From the NCBI GenBank assembly GCA_964019335.1, contig OZ025679.1:310001-374000 (forward strand): 64,000 bases of DNA, read 5' to 3'. This document shows positions 1-10,439 of this stretch, in pieces. How positions within the stretch are numbered: the stretch's first letter is position 1; every line of letters begins with the position of its first letter. The translations under genes and the position numbers were made by a program. The notes under the pieces are model-generated. The model was not told the DNA's origin, did no database searches, and saw only the letters and a program-made list of their open reading frames with translations. Origin of the DNA: Diplonema japonicum (taxonomy: Eukaryota > Protista > Euglenozoa: Diplonemea).

Positions 1-19
1 AGAGGAAAAAAAAAAGAAA

Positions 20-562
20 ATGTGCCATCTTGAAAATCTGATGGAAGAACGAGCAGCTCTCCGGTGCCTGATTATGGACGGCAAGGGTGAAAAGGAAATT
101 GCGGAGAAATACAAAAAGATAGGAGAGATCCTTGCAGTGCAAGGAAGGCACATAGCGGCAATGGACACAATGGTAAAGGCGCTGAAGCTCGGGCCTGGCT
201 CAAGGGGAATAGCCAACTCTGCAAAAACCGCTTTCGTCACTGCCGCCGGCTTGCAAAAGTCAAGCGATGAACGGGAAGAAGCTGCGATAACCCAGGGGGA
301 ACGGATTCCAATCCCAGGTTGCTCGGGCACCTCCGAAGGACGCAGAAACCAGCGAATCAAACTAAAGGTAATAGCGTCCGCCACAGAACTCATTCTGGCA
401 CTCCATGAAATCTGGCCTGACGAAACACGTTTCCTCGCTTTAGAAAACCCGCACGTTGTGAAATCCGAAGTGCTCCGTTCCGTTACGTCCAGCACCACTG
501 CGTCCCCGTCTCATATGCGGACACCTCGCTCTTCAGTATCTACACGGTCGTTTCGAAGTTGA
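20..562 (+). CDS. Hypothetical protein, possible single TPR-like helix pair
   Basis: 180-aa ORF after an A-rich leader; AEKYKKIGEILAVQGRHIAAMDTMVKALKLGP resembles a TPR; may be incomplete at the window edge. Confidence 0.55.
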   Translation: MCHLENLMEERAALRCLIMDGKGEKEIAEKYKKIGEILAVQGRHIAAMDTMVKALKLGPGSRGIANSAKTAFVTAAGLQKSSDEREEAAITQGERIPIPGCSGTSEGRRNQRIKLKVIASATELILALHEIWPDETRFLALENPHVVKSEVLRSVTSSTTASPSHMRTPRSSVSTRSFRS

Positions 563-716
563 AAACATGGGAGAGAGAGAGGTGAGTGGCTTTACAGCCG
601 CTTCATTTTTTTTTTTTTTTTTTTTTTACTTTCTTTTGAACCACCCCCTGGGAGAGGAATGGAGTTTTTTTAAAAAAAAGAAGAAAAAAAAAAAAGGGTG
701 AAGACATGCTAGACGC

Positions 717-2807
717 ATGACGGGCCACCTCTTGCAGGGTAATGGTGTTTCGGTGAACATTTTCAAGTACCTCTGCATCCAGAGCCTCCATGAGACGAGG
801 TTCAGCTTCAGAATCGCTTCAACGGTTGTGTTTCGAATGTGCCCCATTGTGTGGTATGAGAACGTGCGGGAGAGGGGTGTGAAGGGGATCACGATACGCC
901 AAAAACCAGGGAACCAGATGGACGTAGGCTCTATCTACAGACATTTTGGGAGGAAACAGAGGAACACAGTAAGCGATGTGGTGTGCTGCTTTGTGGACCA
1001 GCACGGGGACAGGGCTGACCATGAGGTGTCTTACATGACGCAGAAGAACCTGCACGACTTCTTGTTCAACGAGAACGCACAACGGTACGGTTTCCTTCAG
1101 GAGTTCATCTATCCCGGAAGCGACCACTCCGAGATGGTGCAAGCGGTGTGGTCGCCACGAGTCGTGGTGTCCTTGCGAAGGATGAACAACACACGCATGT
1201 CGAATACCACCGTTTCCAACGCCCGCCGCTCCACCACCTTCGATGGGCCATCCAGCAGCTGTTCTGAGGTGCTCTGCACCAAGGCCACCAACATAGAGGC
1301 CACCGAGATCTGTAATCAGATTGTTCGGCATGTCACGCTCACCGAGCCTCATGTTACGATACGGCGTCTCGTCGTGTACTTCCGCAGGGACGCGCGTGAC
1401 CAGCTACACTTTATGTTCACCTCTTCCATCCGTCTAACTGAAGCCTCCTGCGGTAAGGTCCGCGTTGCCCCTGTCTGTCTCAGGCCCAATTTCGACTGCC
1501 GCATCCCCGCCACGCATAGCTATCTCCGCAGGAAGCTCGACGATACCATCGCAGCGGCGAAGCAAGATGTCCTACCACCACCGTGCCCGTCGGTCTCCAC
1601 ATGGGAGGTTGCCGTCGCCCCTAGCATAAAGGTAGCGGCTGTGCACGTTTCGCAGCCACTCTGTATCGCAGGCGAGGTGATCGACGACCAGCTGTACTGC
1701 CTTGCGTCCAGCCTGCTGGGGGCCGTTGGGAAGAACAGAAAAACATACGCCAGGTATATGTTGACAGAGGAAAAGAGCGTGTACACCGTGAACGTTGTCC
1801 CAACGCTGCTGGTTCCCGACGAGGCCGTGGCGTACCTGGAACCAAGGGGCACCTTCCCGGGATACGGGAGTGTGCTAGAGCGGCTTGGAATGCGGCGGAT
1901 CACAGGGACAATGTCTTACCAACTTGCAGAAAAAACTGCTCGGGAGGGGACTATTGCTACGCTGCAGGAATTCAGGAACCCTTGCAAGGCTCTCTCTGAC
2001 AGGGCCGTCGACGATGAGGCACAGCACATCGCAGAGGTGTGGCACTGCAGGAAGGAGTCGCGGGAGCACAAAGAGCTCCTCCACATGATCGAGGGCGGTG
2101 CCAATCTCAGGTCTGTCACCACCGTAGTCTCGCAATCCCCGTGGGTGGCGCAAGAATGGGCATATCTATCAACAGAGCTGAGCATGACACTCTCACACGT
2201 AAGGCTCCTGAGGAACCCAAAACTACGGCACCTCACGGTTCTAAACAAAATAGCGTGCAGGAACCTAGCGAAAGAGAAGATTCGGTTGGTTGAACCGCAA
2301 GAATCCGATGAAAGAGAAAAACAAGCTGTGCCAGAAACACGGGTAGCACAGATTCAAGAAGTGGTACATCAACCAACGTCACAGGAGGTAGAAGTGACAC
2401 AGCAGGCAGAAGTGACACAGAAGACAGAAGTGAAGGCAGAAGTGACACAGGAGGTACAAGCGGACGAAGCGACGCAAAATAAAGCGAAGGAAGACACAGT
2501 ACAGGAAACGCCACAGAGCATAGAAAACAAAGGCGAAGAAAGCAAGGAGCTGCAAGACGGCACAGCACGCGAGTTTAACGAGGAAGGCAGCAACAAGTCG
2601 ATTGCTACGTTCGAACATGATGTCCCCAGCCAGCCGGTACAGAACTTCCCGACCACCTTCAACAAGGACACGAAGGGCTACGCGGTGCAGCCCATAAACA
2701 TCTTCAAACACTCGTCGCTGACCCACGACCCTGTCACACGGCCTACAGAGACAAAACAGCAGCTCTCCAGACAAGGCTCGATCCCTGCCACGGAGACGCC
2801 AGTGTGA
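717..2807 (+). CDS. Hypothetical protein: globular N-terminal domain, low-complexity C-terminus with EVTQ repeats
   Basis: 696-aa ORF with coding-like composition; a possible terminal intron 2802-2855 would extend the CDS to 2891. Confidence 0.75.
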   Translation: MTGHLLQGNGVSVNIFKYLCIQSLHETRFSFRIASTVVFRMCPIVWYENVRERGVKGITIRQKPGNQMDVGSIYRHFGRKQRNTVSDVVCCFVDQHGDRADHEVSYMTQKNLHDFLFNENAQRYGFLQEFIYPGSDHSEMVQAVWSPRVVVSLRRMNNTRMSNTTVSNARRSTTFDGPSSSCSEVLCTKATNIEATEICNQIVRHVTLTEPHVTIRRLVVYFRRDARDQLHFMFTSSIRLTEASCGKVRVAPVCLRPNFDCRIPATHSYLRRKLDDTIAAAKQDVLPPPCPSVSTWEVAVAPSIKVAAVHVSQPLCIAGEVIDDQLYCLASSLLGAVGKNRKTYARYMLTEEKSVYTVNVVPTLLVPDEAVAYLEPRGTFPGYGSVLERLGMRRITGTMSYQLAEKTAREGTIATLQEFRNPCKALSDRAVDDEAQHIAEVWHCRKESREHKELLHMIEGGANLRSVTTVVSQSPWVAQEWAYLSTELSMTLSHVRLLRNPKLRHLTVLNKIACRNLAKEKIRLVEPQESDEREKQAVPETRVAQIQEVVHQPTSQEVEVTQQAEVTQKTEVKAEVTQEVQADEATQNKAKEDTVQETPQSIENKGEESKELQDGTAREFNEEGSNKSIATFEHDVPSQPVQNFPTTFNKDTKGYAVQPINIFKHSSLTHDPVTRPTETKQQLSRQGSIPATETPV

Positions 2808-2982
2808 CCCCTTCCGGGGTTTCACACGGTGCCGTGCATTCTTACTACCCACAAGGGTGCAGAACACGACAGCAGACACGGGACGGGATGAAAGCGGAGG
2901 ACTATAGCTGGTGAGCGCGAAAACGCGAACCTTATATGTCTAGTTTATTTTCTTTGTCCTTGCTACAACCATCACCACAGCG

Positions 2983-4713
2983 ATGATAAGCATCGACTTC
3001 GATGCCAGTAACCTCGTCGAGAATGTTGTGCGGACAAACAGCGGGCGGCTGTTCGGTGTCATCACGCAGCTGGTGGACGCCTCGAATGAGATGAGAGACA
3101 AGAACACCGCCATGGAGGAAAGGATGACCAGGTCCGAGATCCTCGCAGGCGAACGCAGGCAAAGCAGAAAGAAAAGCGCAGAGCAGCCAATATCATCAGT
3201 ACCCGAAGACCTAAAGGGACAGCTAGAAGATGCACTCGCGAGAATCGACATCCTTGAAGACAGACTGGACAAGGAGGAAGAGGACAAACTAAAACTGCAG
3301 GAAAAGCTGAACTCTTGCACAGAGAAGTTTGAAGAACACCCGAAACACGCCGACCTAGCAGACCTCAACACCACGCTCTCAGCGACACTCAACGAAAGCG
3401 TCGAGGGTTTGGTGGCTCGATCGGATGTTGCTGACGAAGGCCTCAAGACGCTTCAGACGACAACGGACACAACAGCCACCACACTTGCTGAAAAGATACA
3501 CACCATGGAGGAAGAAATGAACCGTGTTGCCTCTAGGATGGATCGTTTTGACTCGCTTGCAGAGGCCGTTGAGACAGTCAGCCGCGACCAACGCAACCTC
3601 ACCTCGAACTTGCAGACTGTGATTGGGAACGCTGAACGACTTGCCACGAAGTCATTCGACTTGGATGAAGCACAGAACAAGCTACAGGACATGCTCTTCT
3701 GTCTGCACAGGTTCTTTGGTATCACCCACCACGACGCCATGGCCTGCATAGGCAACGACACATGCGTCGAGGCCGTTGCAGCTCTTCCCGGCATCGCTGC
3801 TGTGAAGGATGATATTGTTGCGAACTTCAACATCATGAAGACAACACTTGAGGGTGATATGATAGAGCTGCGCGGAAGGGTGATCGGGAAGTGTGATAAA
3901 AACCATGTTGACAACCAAATGAAGGACTGCTTCACGAAACTTGAAGAGTTAAAACAGCATGTGACGGTGGCGGAGCGGGAGGTGAACACACTCAAGGAGG
4001 AGAAGGCCAGTAAGGCGAACACCGACCAAGCATTGACACGGTTATCTGTCGAGAAGGTCGACAGAGCAGAGCTTCATGAAAAAGCTGACCGCAACGAACT
4101 GTCTGTGTACGGGACAAGGTTGGGAGATCTGCAGATAGAGATAAACAACATGTGGGAGCGCATGAGCCACAGGGGCAGCATGTCAGCAGACCGCAAGGGC
4201 TCCGCATCGGCTTTTAACAACCTCGAAGCGTTGAAGCTGCGCGTGACGAATGTGGAGTACGCCGTGAAACAAGAAGAGGCGGAAATCGACAAACTGCGTG
4301 AAGTGAAGCTTGACAAGCAGGTCATGCGCGATATCTACGCTTTCCTTGACAAGGTGACACGACGCATCGACTCGCTGTCCCTTAACCAAACGGACCTTCA
4401 AAAGGTTGTCTCACATGCCACATCAGCCGAGCACTCTGTACATGAGACGTCCTCCTTCCCTGGCCCCGCACCGCCATCTACCACCATCAACCCCCGCCCC
4501 AGGCCGGGCACCGCGAACGCCGCCAGCATCCTGTCCAAGATCATCCCTGCAAGTTTCAACCCGCCGCAGTCGATGGACGCCGTCCAGCAAGGGAAGAAGT
4601 TCGAGTCAAAACGCGAAATCTCCCCCGGCAACTCTCGGTGGAGCCCAGGGGCGTGCACTTTCATAAGAACCTCCTCAGGTCGCTTTACATCGGCCTGCAT
4701 ACGAGGGTCATAA
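2983..4713 (+). CDS. Coiled-coil protein with KAD/KVD-type repeats
   Basis: 576-aa ORF, heptad-rich, Pro/Ser tail. Confidence 0.75.
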   Translation: MISIDFDASNLVENVVRTNSGRLFGVITQLVDASNEMRDKNTAMEERMTRSEILAGERRQSRKKSAEQPISSVPEDLKGQLEDALARIDILEDRLDKEEEDKLKLQEKLNSCTEKFEEHPKHADLADLNTTLSATLNESVEGLVARSDVADEGLKTLQTTTDTTATTLAEKIHTMEEEMNRVASRMDRFDSLAEAVETVSRDQRNLTSNLQTVIGNAERLATKSFDLDEAQNKLQDMLFCLHRFFGITHHDAMACIGNDTCVEAVAALPGIAAVKDDIVANFNIMKTTLEGDMIELRGRVIGKCDKNHVDNQMKDCFTKLEELKQHVTVAEREVNTLKEEKASKANTDQALTRLSVEKVDRAELHEKADRNELSVYGTRLGDLQIEINNMWERMSHRGSMSADRKGSASAFNNLEALKLRVTNVEYAVKQEEAEIDKLREVKLDKQVMRDIYAFLDKVTRRIDSLSLNQTDLQKVVSHATSAEHSVHETSSFPGPAPPSTTINPRPRPGTANAASILSKIIPASFNPPQSMDAVQQGKKFESKREISPGNSRWSPGACTFIRTSSGRFTSACIRGS

Positions 4714-4807
4714 ACCCACGCTATACGCTACGTGTAAATTGTAATATCTCAACAACAAATGCGCGACTGTAACACATGTAGGTTTACAATAAAAGAAAAG
4801 GAAGAAA

Positions 4808-6658
4808 ATGATGGTCAAGTTGGACCCGGAGGTGCAGAGGCTGCGTGCAGCACTAGATGTATGCGAGAAAGAGCTGCGGAGAGAAAGGGCAGAGGTGGAA
4901 GGACACAGAGACAAGATTTTACAGCTGTCGGAACAGCTTGGGATGGAAATCAGCAGAAGAGAGAGGGTGGAGGCAAAGCTCAGGACGAGCAACTACGGAC
5001 CGAATGAATGGACACGGCAACTGGAGGTGCTGCAGGAGGAGAACAGACACAAGGATGTCCTTGTCGCAAGGCTACAACGGCAGGTTGATGAGGATCAGAT
5101 TATTATTGCGGGTCTTAAGGGACTTCCTGTGTCGCCGCTGTCAGGGGGGTCCACCCGTTCACGCTCACACTCACCTCGTGTGTCACCCAGACCGCCAAGG
5201 CTGCCCAGCCCGCCTCTCAACGGCCGCAGGACACCTGACCCTGCAGAGCTTGCAAGAGTGACGCGAGAACTTCAACAATTGCAACTCGATGCGTCCATTC
5301 TGAAGCGTGAAAACGACCGTTTGAAGAAAGGTGCCGACACTACCGATTTCAAGCATTTGAGATCAGATCTCTCAAAGGCCACACGAGAAAACGTATCGCA
5401 AGCACAAGAGCTGCTTGAACTGAGGAAACAAGCCTTGGAGCATAGAAGGGCAAAATCCCAGTCAGCAGACCCGCAGCTTGCAAAGTACAAATTAGAATGC
5501 TCACGTCTGCAAGGAGACCTTCGCGCACAAGAGGAGAAGATCGACGCTGTCGAGGCAGACATTAGAATGCAAGAAGGCCGACGATACGACCAAGCAGTCT
5601 CCCTACACAGAGAAGAGAAGGAGGTGCTGAGGGAAGAGGTTGCTTCGCTGAAGAGCGAGGTCGCGACTCTCATCAAAGAAAAGGAAGCCCCACGGAGCGT
5701 GGACAGAAGGAGAGCAAACGACATTGAGAGACACAGAGCGAAGGAGAAAGAACTAGAAGCCGAAGTAAGACATTACAAAGAAGAAGCGGAGAGGAATAAA
5801 GCGCGCAGCGTAGACCGCAACAGAGAAAGAGAACTGGACCACCAAAAAAGAGAAGCGGAAAGACGATGCAACGAGTTAGAAGCGGACCTGAGATACTACA
5901 AAGAGGAAGCGGAAAAAAACAAAGCACGAAGCGTGGACAGGAACAGGGAGAGGGAACTAGAGGCACGGTGTAACGAGCTGGAAGCTGACGCCACATACTT
6001 CCGACAAGAAGCCGAAAAAAACAAAACCCAAAACGTGGGCAGAGCGAGGGAGAGGGAACTGGAGAAGCAATGCAACGAACTGCAAGCAGACGCCAGATAT
6101 TACAAAGAAGAAGCGGAGAAGAACAAATCACAAAGTATAAACCGAGGGAGGGAGAGGGAGCTGGAGGCCGATGTGAAGTATTACATGGAAGAGGCGAGAA
6201 AAATAAAAGGCCTTGAGAAGGATAAAATGGAATTGGTGGTGGAACTGGAAACGCTGATGGTGGAAATGGCAGACAAGAGAAAGATGACAGAAGCCATCGC
6301 CGAGAAGGCAACAGAGTTCGCTACAGCTAAAAAAGGTTTACAAGAGCAGTTTGAAGCTGACAAGGAAGAGATCACACACCTCAAGGAGCGCAATCAGCTC
6401 ATTGAAGATGAGCTAGAGCGGATACAGGCAAAAATGGAGGTGGAGCTGGCAGCACGGCGCAGCTCTTCGCAGCTCTCAGCCGCGTACTCTATTAAGATAA
6501 ACGAGCTGATGAACAAGCTCAACGATGCAGCTGCATACGGGAACGCAGTACATGTAAGGGATGTCATGGACGCACATATGGAAGTCTTCGAGCAACTTCA
6601 CAGGCATTGCGAGTCTGTGAAAGCACAGTCACAAAGCCCCGTTAGACCGTCTCCGTGA
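4808..6658 (+). CDS. Coiled-coil protein with tandem charged repeats
   Basis: 616-aa ORF; about five copies of ELEADxRYYKEEAEKNKARSVDRNREREL. Confidence 0.8.
   Translation: MMVKLDPEVQRLRAALDVCEKELRRERAEVEGHRDKILQLSEQLGMEISRRERVEAKLRTSNYGPNEWTRQLEVLQEENRHKDVLVARLQRQVDEDQIIIAGLKGLPVSPLSGGSTRSRSHSPRVSPRPPRLPSPPLNGRRTPDPAELARVTRELQQLQLDASILKRENDRLKKGADTTDFKHLRSDLSKATRENVSQAQELLELRKQALEHRRAKSQSADPQLAKYKLECSRLQGDLRAQEEKIDAVEADIRMQEGRRYDQAVSLHREEKEVLREEVASLKSEVATLIKEKEAPRSVDRRRANDIERHRAKEKELEAEVRHYKEEAERNKARSVDRNRERELDHQKREAERRCNELEADLRYYKEEAEKNKARSVDRNRERELEARCNELEADATYFRQEAEKNKTQNVGRARERELEKQCNELQADARYYKEEAEKNKSQSINRGRERELEADVKYYMEEARKIKGLEKDKMELVVELETLMVEMADKRKMTEAIAEKATEFATAKKGLQEQFEADKEEITHLKERNQLIEDELERIQAKMEVELAARRSSSQLSAAYSIKINELMNKLNDAAAYGNAVHVRDVMDAHMEVFEQLHRHCESVKAQSQSPVRPSP
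5690..6200 (+). repeat. Coding tandem repeat (about 35-42 codons per unit)
   Basis: Recurrent tacaaagaagaagcggagaagaacaaa and agggagagggaactggag units. Confidence 0.8.
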
Positions 6659-6952
6659 TGATGGGCCTACCCCCCCCTCCCCACCCCCTGTATTTTAATT
6701 TAGCTTGTACATTTGTCTCCTTTTTTTTGTTTCCCCCTTTATCTTTCTGTTTATAGCGTCACGTTACGGGACAAGACTCGCACGAGCTGTTTTCCCTTTT
6801 TTTCTTTTTTTTTTTTCTTCTTTTTTTAAAAAAACCGGAACGATAAAAAAAAACAAAAAAAAAATCCTAATTTCCTCTTTTTTTTTTTTTCGCCGGTCGA
6901 AAGAACCCGAAGAGTCCTTACAGAATTTTACACACAATAGAAAAAAAAAAAA

Positions 6953-7369
6953 ATGGGCAACTCAATAGGGTGGTTCCCAGGGTGTGGGAGGGTACCAGTA
7001 TTTCCCTTGAGGAAGAAATTGCTGGCCATTGAAAGGTGCGACATGGGAGAGTGCCCTAACGACACGCCTGTGGAGCTGTTGGCGGGGCACCTTAGCAGCC
7101 CGGATGCAGCCACGAAGGCGTTCTACTGGGCAGTGGTCCTGACAAGGTGGGAACAGCTGAGGGAAGTGGACGGCCCTGTGGAAATATCTGGATCCTTCGA
7201 GGAGATGGAGGACGCTTTAAAAGAACGGGACGGGGGCCAACGCTCCAGCGTGTGGGCCACAGAGGAAGGCGTGCGAAACCTGCAAGAGTTCTTTGCCGTT
7301 GAACAATGCAGCTTCTTCACACGAGACGCCGCGAAAACATGGTGCATACAACTATACCCCGCACCATAA
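6953..7369 (+). CDS. Small hypothetical protein with putative N-myristoylation signal
   Basis: 138-aa ORF starting MGNSIG directly after poly(A); complex coding-like sequence between homopolymer flanks. Confidence 0.65.
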   Translation: MGNSIGWFPGCGRVPVFPLRKKLLAIERCDMGECPNDTPVELLAGHLSSPDAATKAFYWAVVLTRWEQLREVDGPVEISGSFEEMEDALKERDGGQRSSVWATEEGVRNLQEFFAVEQCSFFTRDAAKTWCIQLYPAP

Positions 7370-7435
7370 AAAAAATATCTTCTTTTGTTTCCCTTCAAAA
7401 AAAAGAGGAAAAAAAAAAACATACAGGAACTGGAT

Positions 7436-8374
7436 ATGTCTCTCCCTATAATCGACCTCGAGTCGCCGGATGCCGCCTCTGCCATCAAGCAGGCCTGTCT
7501 TTCAAGCGGCTTCTTCTATGTCACCAACCATGGTGTTCCCGATGCGGTCATAGCCGATATGTTCGCACAGAGCAAAGCATTCTTCAAGCTCCCTGTCGAT
7601 GTTAAAGAAAAGGTCCTTGCCACAGAGGCCACGAAAAACAAAGGCTACACGATGATGGGCGAGGAAACCCTCGACACGGAGAAGCAAAAAAAAGGTGACA
7701 CAAAGGAAGGGTACTACCTGGGAAGGGAGCCCACCGAAGAGGAGAAGAACATCGGGATGATGGGGATGAACGTGTGGCCTGACGAAACGGACGTCCCGGG
7801 GTGGAAGAAGACAATGGAAACGTACATCGAAAAAGCAACGGTGGCAGGGCTCCGAATCGTGAGAAAAATCGCGGAAAATCTTGGAGTGGATGTCGATGAA
7901 TTTATGAAAATGTTTGACCTACCCGTTGCCACTCTGAGGCTTCTGAGGTACGCCGAAGAAAAATCAGATGAGCGCGAAGGGGTTTATGGTGCAGGTGCTC
8001 ACACAGACTACGGCATGATTACACTTCTCGCCGTGGCTGACGGAGAACCTGGTCTTGAGATCCATCACGATGGGCAATGGATCCCAGTCTCACACGTTCC
8101 CTCCTCCTTCATAGTTAACCTTGGCGATCTCCTCCAAAGGTGGACGAATGACGCATACCACTCTACCCTGCATCGAGTTATCAATGTGCGTGGCATGGAG
8201 CGGCACAGCACGGCATTCTTCTTCGACCCAGCCTATCCTACCATGGTTTCATGCCTTGATTCTTTCCAGTCTGAAGCCAACCCGCCTAGGTACCCTCCTA
8301 TTAAATTCCTCGATCATCTTCTTAAGAAATATGACGAGACCCACTCCGGGTTCGACAGCAAAGAGCTGAGTTAA
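7436..8374 (+). CDS. 2-oxoglutarate/Fe(II) dioxygenase (IPNS/DIOX_N + 2OG-FeII_Oxy family)
   Basis: LPIIDL...ACLSSGFFYVTNHGV N-terminus; HTDYG, distal His (STLHRV) and RxS (RHS) motifs; ATG at 7436 follows an A-run-CAG. Confidence 0.93.
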   Translation: MSLPIIDLESPDAASAIKQACLSSGFFYVTNHGVPDAVIADMFAQSKAFFKLPVDVKEKVLATEATKNKGYTMMGEETLDTEKQKKGDTKEGYYLGREPTEEEKNIGMMGMNVWPDETDVPGWKKTMETYIEKATVAGLRIVRKIAENLGVDVDEFMKMFDLPVATLRLLRYAEEKSDEREGVYGAGAHTDYGMITLLAVADGEPGLEIHHDGQWIPVSHVPSSFIVNLGDLLQRWTNDAYHSTLHRVINVRGMERHSTAFFFDPAYPTMVSCLDSFQSEANPPRYPPIKFLDHLLKKYDETHSGFDSKELS

Positions 8375-8448
8375 AAAAAAAAAGTATTTTTTTTTGGGGG
8401 GTCTGGGAATGGGTAGGGGTTCTTTTTTTTTTTTTTTTTTTTTTCACT

Positions 8449-8489
8449 CGGCCGGTGAGCGCAAAAACGCATACCTTAACAAGAATAGT
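8449..8489 (+). repeat. ~40-bp dispersed motif (also 44022-44061; diverged at 2910-2944)
   Basis: cggccggtgagcgcaaaaacgcataccttaacaagaatagt recurs with two differences. Confidence 0.8.
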
Positions 8490-8562
8490 TTTTTTTTTTT
8501 TATCCCCCTCTCTTTTTCTTCCTTCCCCTCTTAAGTAGAATTATGACAGCAAAGAAAAAAAA

Positions 8563-9822
8563 ATGAAACGTCTCATCGTGTTGATGGTATGTTCTGTGGT
8601 AGTGGCAGCACAGCAAGGGCCGTGTGGGTGTTCATCGGATGAGACGTGTTGCAAGGACGATGCGGGGTATTCTTGCTGTGTTGATGTGGAGACGTTTTGC
8701 GTGCAGAAGACATCACCCCAGTACCCTTCGAGATGCTGTCCCAACTGGACGGTCGGGTGCCAGGCTGGAAGTGTTGGTTGTTGCGACCCTGCGCGTCCGT
8801 GGCAAAGGGCGCTCGGGTCGTCCACACCTGTACCCCCTTCAACGTCTGCAACTGCAACCACCGTCAACAGCACTATGTACGCAATCTTCACTGCAGGGCT
8901 GAACATTCATCTTGAAGCTCTCACCATCGAACCCTCTGGCGCCACCAAACGCCTTAGCATCACAGGCCCTGCTCTGGAGTGGTACACCACGCTCTACGGT
9001 GAAGGCACACGTGTGTTCCCGTTCGACGCACGAAGGAACCTTTTCCACTTCGTTGAAGGAACCCGCAACACGTCCATCACACTCTACACTGTTGACCCCA
9101 AAACAGGCTCCTCCACATCACGCGTTCTCAGCGTGAAAGGGTACCCCCTTAGCTTCAGCTACCACTATGAAAGTGACTCGCTCCTTTTCACGGTTCTAGA
9201 AAACAGCGTGTATCAATTCTACACTGTCAACATGACAACAAACTCTGTCGCACGAATGGGTGTTCTGCAAAGGGGAGGGTCCGAAGAAGACGCTGGGTAT
9301 TACGGAGGGTACGTGTCAGGAATTAGCCTTGACGGGAAGACGGTTCAGAGGTTGGGCTACAAAACAGTGACGACAGGGACAGGGTCTGGAGTGGGGATGT
9401 ACAACGTGACTAAAGGAGGCGACGCGACGTGGACCGCACTAGGAAACCCGGAAGGGTGCGAATTCTACTTCACATGGACAAGGAAGATGCATAGTGAAGA
9501 ACTTATCTCTCTGGCGCCCTCTGCAACAGGATCACGATCTTTCAAAGTAGTGCGTTGGAATGTAGGAGGCCAGTCACAGGTTGTCGCCACACTCGAGAAT
9601 GCCCACTCACCCAGCACCTTAGGGATTGATCTAGGTTACATTGCAGCAGCACAGGCAGGCAACACTTATGCTGGAATGGTTCTTGAAGACCACGGGGCAT
9701 CTCACAAATGGGCCGTTCTGACCATGGATCTCGCCACCAACACCGCTGTGGTCAATACGCTCAACCCTGAGTTCACCATTTCTGGTGGATCTGGGATAAG
9801 CGGGTTCGGAGTTTCTCTTTAG
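8563..9822 (+). CDS. Secreted protein with Cys-rich (granulin-like CC) N-terminus and beta-rich, propeller-like domain
   Basis: Signal peptide MKRLIVLMVCSVVVAA, four CC doublets, Thr/Pro linker, beta-strand-rich remainder. Confidence 0.75.
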   Translation: MKRLIVLMVCSVVVAAQQGPCGCSSDETCCKDDAGYSCCVDVETFCVQKTSPQYPSRCCPNWTVGCQAGSVGCCDPARPWQRALGSSTPVPPSTSATATTVNSTMYAIFTAGLNIHLEALTIEPSGATKRLSITGPALEWYTTLYGEGTRVFPFDARRNLFHFVEGTRNTSITLYTVDPKTGSSTSRVLSVKGYPLSFSYHYESDSLLFTVLENSVYQFYTVNMTTNSVARMGVLQRGGSEEDAGYYGGYVSGISLDGKTVQRLGYKTVTTGTGSGVGMYNVTKGGDATWTALGNPEGCEFYFTWTRKMHSEELISLAPSATGSRSFKVVRWNVGGQSQVVATLENAHSPSTLGIDLGYIAAAQAGNTYAGMVLEDHGASHKWAVLTMDLATNTAVVNTLNPEFTISGGSGISGFGVSL

Positions 9823-10439
9823 ATATTTCCCTGGATGAAGCTCCCCCCCCCCCCCCCCCCCCCTTTCTTTTTCTTTTTTTTATAAGAACTTCTCATTGAG
9901 GACTTTCCGAGGAGGCATATTAAAAAGAAAAGGGGTTTTTTCTTTTTTCTTTGGATATAACCCAAAAAATAACCCAAAAAAAAAGATAAATGGGGAGGGT
10001 GGTGGGGGGGGGGGGGGGTGAAAGCTATTTTTTCCATGTGGCGTTTTAAAAAAAAAAAGTTTGTATTCTCTATTGTTTCCCTTTTTTTTTATTTTTTTAT
10101 TTTTTTATTTTTATTTCTTGTCCTACAAAAAATAAAAAAGAAGAAGAAGAAAAAAAAAGAAAATTACAACGTCTTTTCTCTGATACAGAGTGAAGTGGAG
10201 ACAAAAAAAAGGGGGGGGGGGGGGGGGCGTTCCAAAAGCAGGAACCACCTTTTTTTTGTTATTCCTTCTCTGTTTTTCTATCTTTCGTTTTTACTTTATT
10301 TTTTTTTTGTTATTTTCCAGAATATTTGTTTTTCTCCAGCAGTTTTTCACGCTAAAAGTTCCCCCCCGTTGTACCCATATTGTAGTAGGAGGGGAGGGGA
10401 GGGAGGAAGGGGAAAAAGAGGAAAAAAAAAAAAAAAAGA

